NCBI GenBank assembly: GCA_965197475.1 | Contig: CBDANF010000002.1 | Span: 480,001-544,000, forward strand | DNA: 64,000 nucleotides | Direction of reading: 5' to 3' | Origin: Candidatus Poribacteria bacterium | GTDB lineage: Bacteria > Poribacteria > WGA-4E > WGA-3G | Shown here: positions 60,538 through 64,000 of the stretch, one piece after another | Layout of the letters: every line of letters starts with the position of its first letter | Position numbering within the stretch: the stretch's first letter is position 1 | The notes under the pieces: generated by a model | The model's input: the letters and a program-made list of their open reading frames with translations, nothing else | The model's database searches: none | Told to the model about the DNA's origin: nothing | Position numbers and translations under genes: made by a program

Positions 60538-62928
60538 TTATGAACTGATGTTTATTTCATAAGGCATCAATAGAAAGATTCGATGCTTCTTAATGATATT
60601 GATCAATTTTAAGCTGGGTGTTTGCCCAAACAATTGATGTCCAAGGGATCGGTAGAAATCTGACAGCAGTGATGTTCTTTCAGTAGATATGAGCCGTACG
60701 TTCCCCAATAAATGTGCTATCCAAGGTAGTTGAGGAAACCGGACAATCTCAACAGCCTTTTTTTCTAAACCTGCACGTTTTTGCGCTATTGATAGTGCTA
60801 CACTCAGTCCACCAAGTTCATCAACCAGTCCTTTCTCTTTCGCTTGTCTTCCTGTCCAGATGCGTCCGCGGGCGACTTTATCCACATCTTCTCTCGTTAA
60901 TTGCATTCTTCCGTGTGCGACTTTAGAGATAAAATCTTCATAAATCTCGTTGATTTGTTTCTGAACGATCTTCTGTTTGTCCGGAGGATAATCGCTATAA
61001 TCGCTGTAAAAGTCGGCATGTGCGCCCCGTGTGATAATTTCTTTCTTGATACCGAGTTTTTCGTACAATCCTTTGAAACTGTACTTTCCACCAATAACAC
61101 CAATTGAACCAGTAATGGTGCCGGGTTCAGCAACAATGACATCGGCAGGCGCGGCGATATAATATCCGCCAGATGCGGCGATGTCTGCCATAGAGACAAC
61201 AAGCGGCTTTACCTCTTTGAGCTGCATAAGTTGATGCCATATTATATCAGCCGCGATGACTAACCCACCACCGCTATCAATTCGTAAAACGACAGCTTTT
61301 ATTGATTCATCTTCGCGTGTTCTCTGTATTGCGCGAGCAATCGTAACTGCTCCCATGACTGCCGTGCCGGTGAATGGGTCAATAAAACTTTCTCCGGTTA
61401 ACATCATCCCTTTTGCTTCAATAATGGCGATTTTGGGTTTTGGAACTGACCAATTGTACGGGTACAATCCACTTTTTAGGTAATCATTGATGTTAACAAG
61501 AGAAACATCACTTTCTGCAAGTTTGCTTGCTCTATGCTCCAGTCCATCCACATAAACAAGTTCGTCTACAATTTTAGATCTAAGTGCTCCAATAGCAGTA
61601 TAGGGTCCATGATCAATTAGTTGCTTAACGTATTCAGGTGTCCACCCGCGTCCTTTTGCAATATCTGCCGTGAGTTGGTCGTACAGGTCATCAAGGATTG
61701 CGTTTTGATTTTCGCGATGTCGTTCTGACATATCGTTCCGAGTGAAAGATTCTGATGCAGATTTATATTCGCCAATATGTTCAAGATGTGCTTGAATACC
61801 GATTTTGTCCAATGCACCTTTGTAGAAGGAGCGTTCAGCCCGTAAACCGATGAGGCGCACCTCAGAACTTGGATGCATTAAGATGGCATCACATGCCGAA
61901 GCTACGATGTAATCGCCAGTGGAGCAATTGGTGATATAGCACATAACAACTCTGCCTGATTCCTTGAATTCCATAATAGCATCGCGTATCTCTTGAAATT
62001 GTCCTATTCCGTAACTGCTCCCGTTAATTCGGATTAAGACACCAGCGACATCTTCGTCCCATTTAGCGATTCGGAGTGTTGTGTTAAGTTGGCGCATTTC
62101 CAAGTCAAGAAAAAGGCGTTTACGAGGGATTGGTTTAGTTATGGAGGCAGTTGAAAAGTGAAAGTAACCGACACCAGCCCTTGTTTTCCTGTTTTCATCA
62201 AAATAGTTTGCCGTGCCGATGCCGAAATTCCCGATGTTGATGCCGAAACGGATATCAAAACTGCTATCGCTGTTGTATGTGCCGCGGAGCATAAGTTCAC
62301 GGATTGGGCGAATTTCAATAGCGTAACTAAGGTCAATTTCACTCACATCTTGTGTTTTCCGCATATCCACTGAAAAAGTAGCGCGCCATGTTCCTGGCCT
62401 CAGTGCGGCACCTAAATCATAGGTTCGTCCTAATTTTTGATTCATAAATTTCGGTCGATTGAGGTCACGTCCAATTGCGCCTATTGAGATATAACGTCGC
62501 TGATACATCAACCCAACAGAGATCGATTTAAATCGGTCATAAAACCTGTTATCCGAGTTAATCCAACTATAGTTTGATCCCCAATACAGTGCACTACCAA
62601 AATAGTGTCCAACAGAAAGACTGTAACGCGTAAAGTTAATGTCGTTTGCAGCGTTTACAAATTCCATGCTGAATCCAGTACCTGGTGCCGAGATAAAGAG
62701 CGCATCGTCACCTGGCCAATCACTGTGATATGTTCGTAGATAGTATAAATTCAACGCGCGGTTGGTACCTAAACCCGCAGGATTAAAAAAAGTCGCCAAT
62801 GCATCATCGCTCATAGCAACGGAATTTGGGGGGAGATGGCTGCGTATCTTCGGTGAATCCGCTGTAGCAAGAATTGGGAACAAACTACAGATCAAGAGGA
62901 TATTAACTAATTTTTTCCGCATACTCAA
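60538..62928 (-). CDS. sppA: Signal peptide peptidase SppA with an N-terminal beta-barrel-like domain
   Basis: GEYKSA (Lys), RIDSGGG, VSM...AASGGYY (Ser), TGSIGV, GRIWTG.QA...GLVD.LGG. The N-terminal ~250 aa begin with DDALATFFNPAGL. Confidence 0.9.
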   Translation of the reverse strand: MSMRKKLVNILLICSLFPILATADSPKIRSHLPPNSVAMSDDALATFFNPAGLGTNRALNLYYLRTYHSDWPGDDALFISAPGTGFSMEFVNAANDINFTRYSLSVGHYFGSALYWGSNYSWINSDNRFYDRFKSISVGLMYQRRYISIGAIGRDLNRPKFMNQKLGRTYDLGAALRPGTWRATFSVDMRKTQDVSEIDLSYAIEIRPIRELMLRGTYNSDSSFDIRFGINIGNFGIGTANYFDENRKTRAGVGYFHFSTASITKPIPRKRLFLDLEMRQLNTTLRIAKWDEDVAGVLIRINGSSYGIGQFQEIRDAIMEFKESGRVVMCYITNCSTGDYIVASACDAILMHPSSEVRLIGLRAERSFYKGALDKIGIQAHLEHIGEYKSASESFTRNDMSERHRENQNAILDDLYDQLTADIAKGRGWTPEYVKQLIDHGPYTAIGALRSKIVDELVYVDGLEHRASKLAESDVSLVNINDYLKSGLYPYNWSVPKPKIAIIEAKGMMLTGESFIDPFTGTAVMGAVTIARAIQRTREDESIKAVVLRIDSGGGLVIAADIIWHQLMQLKEVKPLVVSMADIAASGGYYIAAPADVIVAEPGTITGSIGVIGGKYSFKGLYEKLGIKKEIITRGAHADFYSDYSDYPPDKQKIVQKQINEIYEDFISKVAHGRMQLTREDVDKVARGRIWTGRQAKEKGLVDELGGLSVALSIAQKRAGLEKKAVEIVRFPQLPWIAHLLGNVRLISTERTSLLSDFYRSLGHQLFGQTPSLKLINIIKKHRIFLLMPYEINISS

Positions 62929-63303
62929 AGAATTGTCCTCTTTGGGGTGGTCGAAATTTATTTTTATACAATACCATATTTCTAAAAAAATGGCAAGAGA
63001 AAAGTTGTATAGGCAAAACGTAACATTGTACTTATTCTAATCCAAAACAGGTGGCGATAGATTGCTTTTAACTATTGTGTGAGGTATACATTAGCACATA
63101 TTCTGCTAATTGTCAAAATTAATTAACTGCCATTTAGGACTATTTAGTTTTAAGCTTTTTGTCCATTTTAGCCGAAAAGTCGCGATCGGGAGGTCGCTCA
63201 CGCCAATGCCATAAGCGCATTTGACGTTGATTCACGGCGGAGAATCTTAAACCGAAATCTAACTGAATCTTATCCTGTAGGCATAAGCCAGGAGCATCAA
63301 ACT

Positions 63304-63510
63304 GTGTCAAATTTTTCCATTGATGTAAAAGCTGGCGGTACCTACCTTTTGAAAGGTGAATTTGCCAATGATGCCGGAGACGAATTTTGCTTTGAATTAA
63401 TCGATACAGATGAAGTCGTTAGCGAACCCAAGACATCTGGCAAATCTACATTCAATTTTCAAGATTCCGGCAATTATTCATTTCAGACGGAAGGTGAATT
63501 TCATTTCTAA
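63304..63510 (+). CDS. Small hypothetical protein or gene fragment
   Basis: 68-aa ORF with AGGAG upstream; no recognisable motif. Confidence 0.3.
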   Translation: MSNFSIDVKAGGTYLLKGEFANDAGDEFCFELIDTDEVVSEPKTSGKSTFNFQDSGNYSFQTEGEFHF

Positions 63511-63552
63511 CAGAAGGTAAAATAAAATGGTGAATTTTGCCTATTGTTGATG

Positions 63553-64000
63553 TTAGTTGAACACAGGTTCACTACCAGAAACTTCAGTTGTCGCTTTGAA
63601 GATAGAATTAACAGCACCGAATAAAATAGGCAAATTAGCCAAAGTAAAGTTTGTTCTGTTTCGCGTAAAGGTGTCGTCAACAAGTCGTCCAAATTCCCAT
63701 AATGTTCCGTCGGTGACAATACCGTAGACAGGAAAAGACGGATCGTCATTTATCTTTTGGGCAGCAACCAACTCAGATAAACATTGCCCCCATCCTTGTT
63801 CAAAGTCGTTCTTTTTTGCCTCAACTAACATTATCAAAGGTGTGCCAACAACGGTTAAACCTAATTCGGATTTCGTAGAGATAAGGTAATCCGGGGTGCC
63901 GTTTAGGGTTTCATCATAAGTGATGGGTTCCTTTATCCATAAGGCATAACTATCAGCATATCTTTTGTAGACCTCTCTTAAGATAGGAAAGATTACAGCC
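63553..64000 (-). CDS. PD-(D/E)XK-like hypothetical protein (HsdR N-terminal-like), 5' end outside the window
   Basis: The frame is open to the window end: IFPILREVY...LNGTPDYL...LVEAKKNDFEQGWGQCL.EL.AAQKIN...YGIVTDG..WEFG. Confidence 0.75.
   Translation of the reverse strand, partial: AVIFPILREVYKRYADSYALWIKEPITYDETLNGTPDYLISTKSELGLTVVGTPLIMLVEAKKNDFEQGWGQCLSELVAAQKINDDPSFPVYGIVTDGTLWEFGRLVDDTFTRNRTNFTLANLPILFGAVNSIFKATTEVSGSEPVFN

Noticed and set aside
1-64000. tRNA, rRNA, tmRNA or known riboswitches
   Set aside because: No cloverleaf or consensus motif was recognised by eye in the intergenic regions; a covariance-model scan would be needed to exclude them fully.

Overview
A bacterial chromosomal window of roughly 42% GC (by eye). 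It is most consistent with a Candidatus Poribacteria-type genome; this is inferred from the WD40/cohesin/FlgD-CTD secreted protein with a VEPxGKxxTxWGxIK motif and from abundant GTAG-type REP-like palindromes. Housekeeping genes (mfd, two PrsA/PpiC foldases, trmJ-like, aspS, der, rsgA, uppS, thrB, aminotransferase, pcm, sppA) alternate with accessory blocks. The accessory blocks include a nested IS/MITE pile-up that truncates a TonB-dependent receptor, IS3 and IS630 elements and several MITE families. They also include an AT-rich three-gene cassette (TIGR04255-like + acidic protein + MazF-like protein) and an orphan terminase next to an MTase-HNH fusion and a DUF2971 gene. Leading candidates for undescribed biology: (1) the three-gene cassette as a possible toxin-antitoxin-chaperone/defence system; (2) a full-length P-type ATPase with all catalytic motifs degenerate; (3) a stand-alone terminase with a non-canonical Walker B; (4) a T9SS-like PorV/CTD/barrel-SppA cluster; (5) large domain insertions in AspRS and two transporters. 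No rRNA, tRNA or CRISPR array was seen. Family assignments come from motif recognition by eye, not from database searches.
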